Source: Phoronis australis
Lineage: Eukaryota; Animalia; Phoronida
DNA: 64,000 bases
Direction: 5' to 3'
Assembly (NCBI GenBank): GCA_002633005.1
Contig: NMRA01000510.1
Span: 246,225 to 310,224, forward strand
The notes below the pieces were generated by a model. It was not told the DNA's origin. It worked only from the letters and a program-made list of their open reading frames with translations, and searched no databases. Positions 13,660-27,834 of this stretch are shown in pieces. Positions within the stretch are counted from its first letter, which is position 1. Every line of letters begins with the position of its first letter. A program made the position numbers and the translations under genes.

Positions 13660-13889
13660 GTATGAAAAGAATACATCGCGATCACAAAAACCCAAAAGCT
13701 AATGCTGCTGTACTAATCACTCTGCCGATTTCTGTTCCCTCGGAACCATGTGAATGGATGCTTTATTTCTTATGACGTATCTAACAGGTGCACGTGTAGT
13801 TAGATAGCGCGCGTGAATCTTTTTGTGTTTGGCCAGCTCTCGGTAGCGCTCGGATATTTCCGACGCAATTCAAACGCAAATTAGAAATG

Positions 13890-13983
13890 TTGACCAATCA
13901 AAACACTGGACTCATTTTGGCGCTTCATAAATGATCCAATCACGGTTGTTCTTCAAGGCCTCGTGGTTTGGCCAATATGGCGG
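13890..13983 (+). promoter_or_regulatory. PPP4R1 proximal promoter/5' region: two CCAAT boxes and a YY1-like AATATGGCGG over the start codon
   Basis: CCAATCA at 13894 and 13936; aatATGGCGG at the ATG. Confidence 0.45.
13977..13983 (+). CDS. PPP4R1: PPP4R1 exon 1 (ATG GCG G)
   Basis: ATGGCGG|gtaagc gives MA-D, as in the vertebrate MADL start. Confidence 0.85.
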
Positions 13984-14066
13984 GTAAGCACTTGGCACAT
14001 TTTCACAGTTTCTCTGTTTTCTTGGTGTCTTTGTGTTGCAGCTAATTCTTTTGTTCGTTATTTTAG

Positions 14067-14111
14067 ATATACAGTTTTATCAAGACGACAGCGAGGAAGG
14101 CTTGGAGGAAG
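14067..14111 (+). CDS. PPP4R1: PPP4R1 exon 2
   Basis: ttttag|DIQFYQDDSEEGLEE|gtaagt, phase 1/1. Confidence 0.88.
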
Positions 14112-16133
14112 GTAAGTGTGCAACTGAGTCTATTTAAAATATCAACGTTACTTGCTAATCTGTAACTGATTTCTAGTTAGACTTCCACTGTAGAAACACG
14201 CTTGTTTGCTTACTTTGTTTTTGTGTGCAGTGGCGTCATTTTGAATGAAATAAAAAAATTGACTGTGCGAATGATGTTAGGTGCAGCGTTATACCTAATA
14301 GGGTCCTAGAGTTGTCATTTTAAACTCGCGTGTATGTTTGACCTCGATTGGGGTACAAAATGGGGTCAAAATTCTTAAAATTAACTCCGTAATATTAGAT
14401 ATCCGGTCAGATTTGGATAAAGAGGTCATGTGACCTATATCTTTCTTCTTCAAAATTGTGATTTTGTGGCCAATAGAACTGTTTTTCTGACTAAGATATA
14501 ACCAGATATTTCTGCCTCATTCTACTGTTCACAAAACGTGATTAAGAATTCTCTGTAATTAAGATTTAGTATCTATTGCCTGCATTGTCATTGTTCTTGA
14601 ACTTGAACTCGGTGGATGAAGAAGCTGATTCACCCTACATTAGTCATTTTTAGGTTCCACACTGTACAGCTATTGGGAATGTGTTTCATAAATCTAGTAG
14701 GATTAACAAGTTTATGTTTTAGTAACAATTTGGACTTTCAAAGTTATTTTTAGGACATATTTATTCATATGCCATGGCTCTGATGAAAGGTTCTTGTCAG
14801 TTAACAAAGCCTTTGTTCCACCAACCTGCCGTGGATCATGACCTACAAAACAAGACATAAATTTGAAATATGTAAGGGTTGATATATTTTTACAGTTAAG
14901 TTCCACAATTTCAGGGTTTACTTGTCAGATATAGTAATATTAGTTTGATTGAGGAAAATTGCAGAATTGTTAAATATGTGTACCACTGATAAAACCTATT
15001 TGATATTCGTAGTGGGTGTGGGGGAATTGGGCTTGGAATAATCCATTAGTTTATGGTGTTTTATCACGAGGATAGCTTAGGCAGCAGACTTGCCTTAATA
15101 TTTGTGGTTGATTCTGGGTTCTTTGTTTGGCTATGTGCTTACAAGCCATCTTGATAAAATGTACTTGATGGACAGCATGGTTGAAAGTAGAAACCAGCCA
15201 TGCTGTTCCCTTTGATAATTGACAGACATTAGGAACAGAAAGAACATTGATTTTTTCCAAATATTCTGTGTTGGTATTGTAAAAATGTTCTACAGATTTC
15301 AATGTTAGTTGACTTTAGTACTTGTTTTTTTATTCTTGATTTGGATGAAACATGAACCTTTTACAAAGTTTGTTTATATGCGTAAAGTGTAACTTCAAGT
15401 CTATTAATGTTTGAAATGATAGTGAGTGTTATGTTGTCTTGTTGATAGGCTGTGAGTCACTTCATCCTACTAGTACTAACCTGTATTAACACTGGCATGA
15501 CATTTGTGGTCTCTGGCATTAGTCACTCAGTGAGGTACAAATGAAACAACAATTTGACTCACAAAGACTGAGTCACAATTCAATACTCAGCGCTAAGTAC
15601 TTTTAAATCACTACATTTATCTTAAATTTGCATTTTAGCACTACCTATTCAACTTTATTTGTAATTTTTTACATAAAAGACCACAATACCAACTCTCACT
15701 AAATGTTCTCAGCAGTAAGTCTACCGCTTCTAATGTTGTATTTATGCCCATCACATAGTTCAGCCTTCTCGAATAATCAATGCTTATTAATGCTAATATA
15801 TTTGCCAGTGTAGATCGGACTTAATCATTCAGCTCTTGTTGGAAGGTTTCCAACAATGTGGGAGCTTTGTTTATGTCATGTGAATATGTGGATGGGTAGG
15901 TTAGCACTTAAACAAAGCATGCTCATTCATAATTGTTTGGCTGGCTTTACTTGCATTTATATGCAGGAACTCATCTAGAGTGCCCTCCTCACACAGATTT
16001 AACATAGAACAAGTTACTACTGGAACAAGGGTTTAGAGGCTATGTGTACCCTATTTAAACTAGAGCTAGGGTAACTTGTTCCAGGGTAACTTGGGCCACA
16101 CGGAAGTAATTATCAGCTGCTGTTGCATGCAGA

Positions 16134-16190
16134 CGGATTTTCTTTTGCGCGCCGGATTTTCTTTTGCGCGCCGGATTTTCTTTTGCGCGC
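16134..16190. repeat. 19-bp tandem repeat x3
   Basis: cggattttcttttgcgcgc x3. Confidence 0.9.
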
Positions 16191-16648
16191 CGTACTCACA
16201 TTAGGTGTTTATTGTCACTCACGGATCACTGATTTTCACCTTAACCTAGTTATCAGATGTGTGTGTGCGTGTGTGTGGACTGGACTTAGTAATTCAAAAA
16301 GGGGGTCCAAATCTAAGACCTTGCATGAAGTGCGCAGTATGACATTGATTAAAGAGGCGGTGAATGCAAACGACAAACTAAGTAGCATTATTCAGAGCGT
16401 ATGCTAATGAGACAGAATTCAACTTTTTCACCAGGTATTTTTCCATTTTTTTTTTTATTGAATTTCTGTTGATGTCGGTATTTTTTGGTTTCATAAAAAC
16501 GATCTGTCGAGTGCTTTTCATTTCATCGATTTTTCTCCCGCAAGGCAAAGCACGTTTCCTTATTCGGTATGGCAAGACAGAGACGTAGTATATCATCCTT
16601 TTATAGAAAATGTAACCTTTGACCTTTGATGTAAAAAACATTGGCGAC

Positions 16649-17140
16649 CAGGCCTTCATGCAGCGTATGTCCTGGGCGTCTAAATGGGCGCCCTAGCACT
16701 AATATGGAAGCTCTGGCAAGGACGCCCAATGTATCATTTGGACGCCCACTGTCAATAGGAACCTTTCAAGTTTGGACACACACATTGTAATGATTACTAG
16801 GAAGCCTCTGAAGGCTCAGTGGGGGTTCTTTTTTTCAAAGCAGGAAGAAATATACAATGTATATACAAAGAATATACAAGGTTGCTATGCTCACACTTGG
16901 TTGATAGCATTGTAAAAGTCTTGGTCTACACCAATTTTTTATTGGAAATGCTCACTACAGAAGGCTGTTTTGTAAACTTAGATGTAAAAACCTTGGTCTA
17001 TGCATTTTTTGAAAAAAAATCTGTGTGTTTGGGGGGGGTTGCTGGGGGTGGGGGGGTTACGCGTCAGAATTATGGACGCCCTGGAATATTGGGAACCCCT
17101 TTTTGGACACCCTATTTACAAAATCCTGGATAAAGGTCTG
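16649..17140. mobile_element. hAT MITE with 8-bp TSD
   Basis: TTGGCGAC|CAGGCCTTCATGCAG...CTGGATAAAGGTCTG|TTGGCGAC. Confidence 0.85.
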
Positions 17141-18438
17141 TTGGCGACTTCAAGCAGCAGCCAGTCCGATTGAGAAGCAATTGATGTAAGTGCTGTTTGA
17201 ATTTAATTATAAAGTTATCATAGTATTCAAATATATTCTAAGATGCACTTCGATTTTTTTTTGGGAAATAGCTTCCTTCACTGGCTTGCCTCATACTGTG
17301 CTGTCAACCTCATATTCGGAATGCAATCACACATCATAGTCGCCCGTTAATGTCCATCTTGTCAGTCACTTGTTTGTTGAATGACTGAACGTATGCGCGC
17401 ATTTATCTAAGTGGGAGGGAGATTAGAAACTGTGGTGACCACAGAGTTTTCCTTATGGCATATTTCAAAACTCGTGAATTTGGTGATTTTTTCTGGAATA
17501 TTCCCTCACAGGTGAAAGTGAACAACTTTGAAATAGATGTGAGGTGGTACTTTCGTCAGATATTTTTTAACGAACTTTCGCGTTCCGTGCCTCTTTAAGG
17601 CGAGAATGGGGGAGGTAAACGATGAGTGCTGCTCTCCCCACCTGAGAAAGTAAGTTACATGAAACAAAGGCAACTTTCCTTGCATATTAATTTTAATTGT
17701 TGAAAGTGCTCTAGAAAGGGACACTTGGTGACATTGACAGTTAAACAGTTATGGCGATGGATATGATTATCAAAATGTTGAGGTAAATTGTGATATGGCT
17801 CCACGCTAGCTTGACTCGCCAAATTTGCCACCAAAAATTAAATCAGGGCAATTCTATCTGTGATGGACGTAAAGTGAAAGAACTAGGAAAATAATTAATA
17901 CATCAATTGATAGGTATCATTGATGGCTTTCAAGATGTGTATCAACTTACTCCTATCTTTTTATCTGATTGAGAAAATTGCCTTCAAAGGGGTGTCACGG
18001 ATGTACACAGGGAATTGGAATTTTTAAAACAGAATTTTTAGCATTAATTTTATGTGAATTGCATTTAGTTACAATTTTCGTTTTATATGATGATTTAGTA
18101 TGGTGGTTGCAAAGTACAACACAGTAATTTTTTTATATCTTCTAAAAAAATTTCTCAGCTCGATGTAAGTTGTGTTAGTGTGACGGACATTCACTCTGAA
18201 TTTCTAGTATTAAATTTTTTTGTTGGGACTAAGATATTAATTAAGAATAATACAAACTTTTACTGTATTTAAGCTATATTGGTCTTTTGCTGCTGACTCA
18301 TTTTTTTAATCAAAGTGCACCAATTGACCTTTTGCACAAAATCAACAGGTAGGCCTATGCTGGGCATTATCAACAAAGCGACCTTTGCTGAACTGACAGC
18401 ATGTTCAACCACCTCTTTTGTAATAAGTGAAGATTTAA

Positions 18439-19398
18439 AGGCGAAGGCAACCTTTTTTCATGTCATTTTTAGCAAAAATAAGGTTCGTTGGTTACCCCAG
18501 ACATATTTTCAACTTAATTACAGCACTTCGTAATTTAATTAAATATTCGTTCTCTACTCCGGAAGTGACGTTTTGGAAGGCAAGCATTTTGCGTCAAATT
18601 CTTTTCATATAGTCTGACTATGAGAGCTGTCGAGTCAGTCATTGATCCACCGCGGTTGTGATAAGTTCGGTCGTCATTTGCTTTTGTTTACGAGTCAGTC
18701 AACATGCCACACTGTTGCTGTGTACCGGGATGTACTCATTATGGTCCAAAGCCTGTAAGCAGCCCTGCTGGGATGTTGAGTAGTGGGAGTGAATACAGGT
18801 TCAGTCAGTGAAGAGTACAGTTCGTCGTTCAATGAACAGATCTGTGAGCCAAACATTGATAAGTTTGTTGTGGACTTGTTTGAAGTATTGGAGCTATTTA
18901 GAAGGTGCCAGGTGTCTGGCGAGGGAGTCACACGGGGTGTAAGCAGTTTGTGTGGAGCTATTTAGAAGGTGCCAGGTGTCTGGCGAGGGAGTCGCACGGT
19001 GGGGTGTAAGCAGTTTGTGTGCTCAGGTCACTATCCAGTGGGAGTGTGTCGCAGTACACTCGGGCAAATGAGACAGTTGTTCCTCTGTCCATGAGACAAT
19101 AATGAGTACATCCCGTTACGCAGCAACAGCGTGGCATGTTGGCTGACTCGTAAACAATAGCAAACGAAGACCGAACTTATAACAACCGAGATAGAACAAT
19201 TACTGACTAAGCAGCTCTCACAGTCGGACTATATGAAAAGAAATTGGCGCGATATGCTTGCCTCCCAAAACGTCACTTCCGGAATAGAGAACGAATAATT
19301 AAATTACGAAAAGCTGTAATTAAGTGGAAAATACGTCTGGGATAACCAACGAACCTTATTTTTGCTAAAAAAGACATGAAAAGAGGTTGCCTTCGCCA
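18439..19398 (+). mobile_element. Internally deleted Kolobok DNA transposon with about 300-bp TIRs
   Basis: TTAA|AGGCGAAGGCAACC...GGTTGCCTTCGCCA|TTAA; THAP-like start MPHCCCVPGCT; transposase-like remnants KFVVDLFEVLELFRRCQV and QVTIQWECVAVHSGK*DS. Confidence 0.85.
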
Positions 19399-19593
19399 TT
19401 AACTTCAATACATTTTGCTACATGTTGCTATGAAAAAAAATTTCTTTGAAAGTCAGTTGTTCTTCAAGGTTTGATTATTTGTCGCAGTAGGTTACTTGTT
19501 TTTCTACAGTTTATGACTCATGGTGATTTCGACATCCTCCTGCTCAGTAATTGCTCAAAACGAGAAGCCAGTACTGGTTCCTAACTCAAAATA

Positions 19594-20542
19594 CCGTATT
19601 CGCCGTAATAACCGCCCATGCCCCTATAAGCGCCCCCCCACGCGTTTTCAGACTTCGTTAAAATAAGCGCCAAGTCCATGAACGTGTGTGTGCAAAAAAT
19701 GCCTTACCTACAGTCCTAAAATTCTACAGTAACGTCTTCAATTTATCAATAATACCCGACAGTCCTGAAAAAAATCATTGTGTGCAGAATTTGTAGACCA
19801 CAAGCCTTCCGCTATGTCCGTATTTAGCCGTAACTGTACACTTCGAACTTCTGCCATGCCTCACAACGAACGCAAAAGTTCTGCTGATATTGCGAGGACC
19901 AATGGTCTGGCCTTTCAGAACCGAAGTAGTGTACTTGTCTACGGGATTGCTTTGTAGATATTTCCCGCTTTCAAAAGGAATCCAAATTTCTTTGTAGGCC
20001 TACACGTGAAAACCGCGAATTGAAGACTAATAAAAAGCTTGGCCTGTGTTAAAAGCACGTGGGCAGGAAGCGCGCGCTACATACATGAACTTGTCATCAA
20101 AGACATTAGTCGGGAACTATCCATTCATGAAACGGGTAGCATTGGAAAGAAATGAATATAGGCACTAATTTCCAACAGTTTCTAATACTATAAAAAATGT
20201 TTGCATTATTTTTAAGATGAATTGTTTGATTACGTTAACCATAATTGGTGTTTTTAAGCCAAATATCCGATAATAAGTCCACTGACAGTGAATGCTTACA
20301 CACCCTTAAACCGAAAAATAACTGTCAGATAGTCACGTATGCCGCATCCAGCCACACGGCAACTAATATGGCCTTACCGAGACAAATGTCGAACGTTTTT
20401 AGCGACATGAGACCAAATGCTGAATGAAACACGCTCTGGTTTAGGCCCACTGCTTGTGCAAATTTCTTTAGATACAGTGCACATCTAGCTCGTTAGATTG
20501 CGTGGCTCTGGCCAAAAGATGGTATCTGCTCTGGCAAATGAG
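19594..20542 (-). mobile_element. Partial inverted copy of the Tc2/pogo-like family
   Basis: TA|CCGTATTCGCCGTAATAACC...; reverse complement of about 10455-11271. Confidence 0.85.
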
Positions 20543-23500
20543 GTGGCAAGACCATCTCATCCATGAGACGGCTCACCCAGAGCTGCCAAACCACACGGAA
20601 ATCAACATTGCACGAGTCTGTTCAAAAGCAGTTCGACATAGGAACAATTTACGAGAAAAGCAAACCAGGAAAGATTGTCAAAAGCAGAACTCGTGGCTTG
20701 TCATTGCTTGTGGTGGCGGATAGTTCAAGATACTGTGGAGTTAAGCTGACCCCATCTAAGTAAGATCATGTTCTACAGTTGGCTGAAGAAGTAAATGAAA
20801 AGGACAGCTGTTGGATAAGTCTTTGCTTACTTATTGTGGATGGGTATATGAATATGGACATGGTACTACAAACAATTCTTTTGTTACTCTATAGTTCAAG
20901 TGGCAGTTGCAGAAACCACTAATCCTTGAGGCTGAGAAATAAAATTTAAAATATCTGCTGAGTTTAGTTGTTTATTGTTCTGGGTTAACATAGCTTATAC
21001 CTCAGTACTTATTTTTCCTGGTATTTGAAACAGTCCACAAACACCTTCATTCATATCACTTCCTGCCTGGTGATAAGCTCACCAGGGACATTCCTGTGGC
21101 TACAGAAATGCCTAACAGCACTACAACTGGTTACAGGGCTATGTCCATTTATTACTCCTTATCTTGTTTTCTGATAGCAACTATGGATGTGATAGGTGTA
21201 ACCTCTGTTGTCCAGGTTAGGTAGTGTCCCCTTTTGAACTATTGACAAAGCGTCCATAGCAGTAGCATAACTTCACTGATGTAGGCAAAAATTGGCAATG
21301 TGTAATAAAATCACAAAAACAACAGATTCTATTTTATACCTCAGGACTTGGGTCAAAGTTAAGAACTTCAAGAAGTCTATCCCATCAACCACAATCCAAA
21401 AAATAGATTTTTCATTGGTTAAAACGATAATAACCCTTGAAAGTATTGCGATGAAAGCCATAATACCATTACAATCGCAAATTATTGCAATGACCGATGT
21501 ACGCCATTGGCTGACCAGTGAACCAGGGATCCAAAACTTTGTATTCAAGTTACCCTAACCATTTAATGATAAATAAATTCATTAGCAAGTGCTGGTTTTG
21601 CCATTTATTACCATAGAACTCTAACCCTGAAATGCAAACTTCGATCTAAAGCCACTGAGATTGCTCTGCGCATTCGGGGAATTTGTTTGTTCCGATATTG
21701 GTTATTGCTATGGAATTTACTGTGACTCAAACTTTTTGCAACTCTGCAGTTTCTAAACTGAAGTGTATAACAGTTGTATCATCAAAAGGCCTTTTATCAG
21801 TTCTTGGTGATTATACCAGAAGCAAAATACAATTAATTATCATTTCGCATACTTGGCACCAGGTTTAAAAATACTTTTTTTACTTTTTTCATTCCAGACC
21901 TCAAGAGCGTTACCAAAATGTGAAAAATTACAGTGTGTAACAAAAAAAGAACTAGAGAGATTACATAAACGACCACTTGAACCAACGGAAATAATTTCAG
22001 TGAATGATTTTAGAATGTAGGGCCCTCACAGTTGCTGTGAAGAATTTAGGGCGACGTGTAATCGTCTAGTCTGCTGTCTTGTGGAAGAGTGCAAGGCCAC
22101 GAATATGTAATTTGTTCAGTAAATACAGTTTGAAAAAAACTATTAACTGAAAAAGTATGTCAACGTTACATGTAGTATATTGCAAATGAGTATATGAAAT
22201 AATGCGTATACACGTTAACGTTCTTTCTCCTTATGTTAAGTAGAAAAGGGTCTTTGGTAGCCGCTCGTGGAACTGTTTCCGCGTACACATACACACACAA
22301 TCTGCCATTTCAGATAATGTTTTTCACCACTTTCTATTTTTAACCACCAGTTTTGAGTCGGCAGATTAGTGTAGGTAAGTCTTCCGGTTAAGTCACTCAC
22401 CAATGTAATAACATGAAATGTGTTAAAAGTGCAGATAAGTTTATTGCCACAGATCTGTAGGTCGAGGGGGTATTGACCAATCCATTGATTGCAGTGTCAT
22501 TTACAAAAGTTGTGATAAACAACTCAAGCTATCAATCCAAAATTTGCAGACGAAGGTTTTCTGATAAAAAAACAAATATATGTAGCTTTGAAATGTACTG
22601 TGGGTTGCTTATTACATTGGTTGCAGTATAGGACTTTCCATATAGAAGTTAAAAAGTAAACTCATTTCTTCAGTGGACTCTGGAAAACACCAATGTTATG
22701 CATAACAGTGTTATTTTGAACACATGTTGGATCGTGTGACGGTCAACGTTCAAGAATGAAAAAGTACAACTGACTTGATAAGCGAGCCGTCGAGATAAAA
22801 AAACGTGACATCTGGGTCTAAGGCAAAACGCAAGGGTGAAATGAAAGCTGCAACACTTATCCTGACAGTGTTCTTTTTCAAATGACGGACGTAGCAGCCA
22901 AAAGTATCCAACGGCGGTATTTTTTGGTTGAATGGGAAATTGTGAATGCCGCACGCGCGCTTATGAGTAATTTTCTCGAAAGTTGCATAAACCCACCAGT
23001 TATTAGGGCCTATGCTGAACAAACATTCGCGGCAGAAACAAAATGTCACTTCTTTCCGTATGATACTGCAATGTGATTTTGACACCCAAAGATGTCTTGT
23101 TGAACAACTCCCAGCATGTAGTTTGATAGGCCGTCGAAATTGGCTCTAAGGCTAAAGCTGAAAAGATATCAGAGGCCAGACTATTCCCAGCATCCAGTCA
23201 GGCCCACAGGCCGGTGTTAGGATGACCAGTGTAACTGTCGGGTTTGTTGACTAATTTTTTCAAGAAATCGCTGGTTGACTGCAACGGAACCTTAAGAGTC
23301 TTGCTTTACGAATAAACATGACAAAATGAAAATAAACAGCAAGTAATGAAATTAAGTTTGATTTGATAACTACTACTACGCTCGATCAAACCCAGTCGAG
23401 CAGACAGACTGAAATTCACAGTGCTAACTCTCGCGGCTTGTCTTGGTTTGCAAGCTCTAACGACAGAATACATAGGTCACATGCGAGAGTTGGCATTCTA

Positions 23501-24485
23501 GAGCTATTGTTCTAAGTTATTACTTGAAGAGAAATCTGCAGTTTATGGGTGACCCAGTGACCCCAGATGGCTACCACTGCATTACTGGGTCCCATAAATG
23601 TCACCGAAGAACTAAGTTTCTACAATGCTGGACTAGATAAGAAGCCTATGGTTTCTGGTGTGACCAGTTAAGTGTAACACAAATGAGAATGTACACATAA
23701 AATCCCTTGTGCATCGGAGGTGGCACATGAAGAACACTGAAAAGAGACATGTTGTCGGTTCTGATAGTTTTTGGGCAACCTCAACTTAGAATTGGTGCAC
23801 TTGGATTTTATCCAGGTCTTCAGGTGCAACTTCAGTATTTTCTTTGTGTCTGGCCCTCCAGTAGTGTTTCAAGATCAACCATTGGTACTGTTGATGACCT
23901 CTGACTTAGGTGTTGTTTGTTTAGGAATGGCTCCTGACCTGGTCATAGGGTACCCAGTGATTGTAATGGGTCACCTGTATATTGATTTGATAGTATGTGT
24001 AGTAATGGTAATAGTAATTGTATACATAGTCACACTAGCCTCAGCTGACTGATTCATTCTGCATGAGTAATGTTAAATGGTGCTTGCTTATATATGTTTA
24101 GCCAGTCCAGATTTTGTCCATGGTGATGAGTTATTGCTGGTGATTCACAGTTTTTTTTTTTTTTAAGCCGTAATTCCTTACTGATGCCCTTAGCAGTAAA
24201 CAACCATGGCTGACAGTGATCTTTGTGACAGATAGTTTGTTATGGACTTGTTGTCAGAAGTTGAAATCTAGTGGGCAGTTTGATTTTTGTACTGTTGTAT
24301 TGAAGTTGGACTTGATTCAGATAACCGAATTTTAGCATGTTGATTTATGTTGGATGTAAAGTACGTACATGTGAAATTACGAAATGAGCGTTTTCTTGAT
24401 ATTAGTTGAACATTGTTAAATCGTGTTAGCGTTTGTGGGTTTTCTTGTCCACCTTGCACGTCTCATTGCGGTCTCTTGTTGTCAG

Positions 24486-24594
24486 GTGCCGATGACGACC
24501 TCGTATCCCCATATGGCGGCACAAGCGCTGATGACTTCCTCACGCCATTGCAGAAGCTGGAGCGATACATGGAGAGTGAGAACATCTTTACAAG
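24486..24594 (+). CDS. PPP4R1: PPP4R1 exon 3
   Basis: GADDDLVSPYGGTSADDFLTPLQKLERYMESENIFTR, compare vertebrate LTPLGRLDKYAASENIFNR. Confidence 0.95.
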
Positions 24595-27500
24595 GTGAGT
24601 TGGAATGAACTGTACCGACATTCTGGCCATGCGGGAGGTGTTAACATACTGGCAGAATAAAATAAATGTTGCATTTTCATAAGTAAATGCAGTGCTCGAC
24701 ACCTAGTGACTTGGCGAAAATCCCAGGTCATCAAATAATATTTGAGGACACTAAAACTGACGCCGAAATTGTTGACTAAAAAAAATAAATTTCGAGTAAA
24801 AACCAGGAAATCGAGTTCTAAAAGAACTACTCTAGGGAAGCTCGGTAAAACTCTGTTTATCAACTCGTCATCTCCTGGCTGGTGTCGCTAACAAATCACC
24901 GACCCCAAAGATTGCGACCCCAAAGATTGCGAGTATGTGACTGCTCTTAGCAGACTTACTAAGCAGGGCACTACACAGCCAAAATTAGTTCTCAGAACAT
25001 GGTACACCGATGTCGTGTTCTCTATAGGGGTCAATGGGTCCATAGCTGGACACATAAGCCATGTTTTCTGAGTGTGGTACTGTATGTAAAACACAAGCAA
25101 AAATAAAGTTTACTTCCACTGTCCAGTTTCTGCTGTTTAGTAATCAGTCATCCATTTCTGTCTGTGTTTGTCAAAGTTTGGTTAGCCAGAGTGATGCATT
25201 CTCTGTGACTTTCACAATCTGCAGACCTGTGGTAACCTTCAGGTTTCTTTTGTCTGTCACGGCACGTCCTGCATCATGTGATGAATAGAGTTGTGGTCTG
25301 CTGCTGCCCAGCTCTGTTACGTATGAATGTCTGCTAACAGTATTCTGCTTGAAGTTTGAAGGTATGTCCTGTTCAGGCTCATTATAGGCTACTTTCGTGG
25401 GCAGAGATCACCTGCTGGCTTTCTAGATTTCAGTTACTCTCTGAAGAAGTGGTAAAACTTGCCTAGAATAGACTATCCATCCACATGTCCTGCGTGTTAT
25501 GCAAGTTTTGTTTGGTTGAAATGGTGATAAGCAGTGTCTGGGTGATTGTCGGTGTCATGTGCCTCACTCTTTGTGCGTTATCATTGCTAGGTCAACAGAG
25601 TTCAGTTGTAGCATTGCAATGTGGTAACCATGGTGACTGGCTGATGTCAGTGAAGTCTGTGTCCCATCCATTGGGCACAATTGAACATGTCTTTTACAGA
25701 AACGCAGAGCTAAACTGACTGCTGACATGTTAAAATAATTTTTACCTTTAGTTTTCCATGCTATATAAAACACAGTGTTTTTTTTAGCTTGATTGATAAG
25801 TTTTGGAGAAAGTGTCAGAAAGCCAGTTTTTAATCACTTGAGTTGTGAAAGCTACAATGGGTCTGTTTAAGCTAACTCTAATTGTGATATTAGTGTAACA
25901 TGGTGTTTATTTCAGAGTTTAAGTGCAACACTAAATCTGGTGTATCACCTAACCCAGCCCCCCTCTCAGAGGTTTAACAACACCTAAGTTGATGTGACCT
26001 GATGTTACAAACTGTGGTGTTACTACAGCAGAACTGAGAACTCCAGCCTTTTTTTCTTCAGTATTTCTGAAAAACATGTACTATGTCCTCAACAGCCTAA
26101 AAACCTAAACATGTTGGAAGTCTACAATGCCAACAATCTTGCTGCAGGTGTTGTTCTATCTAGTGCAAATGCACTTGCAGTTGCATTTTCTTTAGTGCAT
26201 ACAACATTACGTGACACAGTGCATTGAAGTGAACTGTGGGAGTTGTTGGCCTACTCAAAAGTAATTTTTTAACATGTCATCTAGTATATCATCATCCCAA
26301 TGTGGCAACCGTTGGCTCCCTTGTGAAGTTGACGTTCTAGTTTCCATTTGAGACGGGGAGAGCTTCTTGCCATTTTTGATGGCATGGACAGAACCAACAC
26401 TGGCATATTAGTTATGAACTAAGGTCATAGCAATTTTTCACCTACCCCATGGGGGTTAAGAATAGAGCGGTTCAAAGTTGTTGTTTTAGTATCCTGTTAT
26501 GGTAGGATTACTAAAGGGGGAACCAGCTAACTTCAGCTGACCTATCCTATTTTGTGGTTAAACCATCAAATTTTTAAAAGCATTTCTTAGTTGTCACAGT
26601 TAAACTACCGTATGCATCTAGCTTACCGCCCATGCTCGGCTTACCGTCAACCCACAGAATAAACAAATTTTCATTTTTAAGCACCCATGCTCGGCTTATC
26701 GCCCAGCCCGTTTTTTTAGATTCCCAATTTATGGGCTCTGGGCGGTAACCTTGACAACTACGGTAAGTGCTTAATGTTTTCAAACAATGCTGAGAATGCG
26801 CAACTTAAATGATTTTGGCAGCCTTGTAGTTTCTAGGTCACTTGTTATCCTTGTTGCTTAGAAACTGGTTGTAAAATGTATTCAAGTCTGACTGTAAGTA
26901 GGTCAACTGAAGCAGATGGTCACAAAAAATACCACGTTTTTTAGCTATACAATTATGAAATAGGCCTGTCCTTGAGACATTATCTTTTTGCACTGTAGAG
27001 TCCTGTTGTTTTCTTCAAAGTGCCTAAACTGTTACTCATTGTAGATATAATTCAGAAAAATGCAGTCTTATTTTGACAGCAAGAATGGTTTGTTTTGATA
27101 CAATTCATTTACGTTTTGTAATGACCAAGTGTTTTCATTTATTCCAAGGTTTTGGACATGTTTTGTTTTTGCTAATTGATGCGCCTATTCAGTGTTTGAA
27201 TTAAGGAATGGTAAGCTGTAGTTAGTTGAGGAGCAAGCACTCTCATCAACCTGTTTCTCTGTGTATTTTCTCATTAACTAGTCTAGTTTTCACCTAAAGG
27301 CTGCTGACAATCCTGCATTTCCCTTCCTCCAGCCTGGGGCTGTGGCACTCCTGCAAATTCTGATTATTTTTGTTCACCCAGTCACTGGCAGGTGATTGTT
27401 GTCCAGCCTGGTTGGTGATCAAATTTAAATCAATTTGGTTTCTGATCTCTTGGACCTGTATACAGTTCTTAACTTTGTTGCCAAATGCCAAACTTTCCAT

Positions 27501-27834
27501 GTTTCATGTCTTCAAGGTTCAGTGGGTTTGTTCATAGAAATACTGCATGGTGAATTTTCTATCTTTAGACCACTATCTAAAAATATATCTGGTTCAGTTC
27601 TAGTAGTGATCGGGTATTGAATACTGTCAAAAGCCTGTTTACATGGACAAAATTTGCATATGTTTGTAAATTTACTTCCTATTGAAATTTGCACACATAT
27701 GTAAAAGTAAATTTATTACGTGTTGTGCACTCATTTTCGAAGACTATCACCGTGGGTAGACTACTGTTGGCCAGGAAAAGGTTTCCACATTTTTTGTCTG
27801 TTGGGTTAATTTTTGGTTTATCACATAAGAAAGG

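Noticed and set aside
20545-20830. Possible pogo/CENP-B HTH transposase remnant
   Set aside because: Only a faint resemblance across frames; cannot be supported without a search
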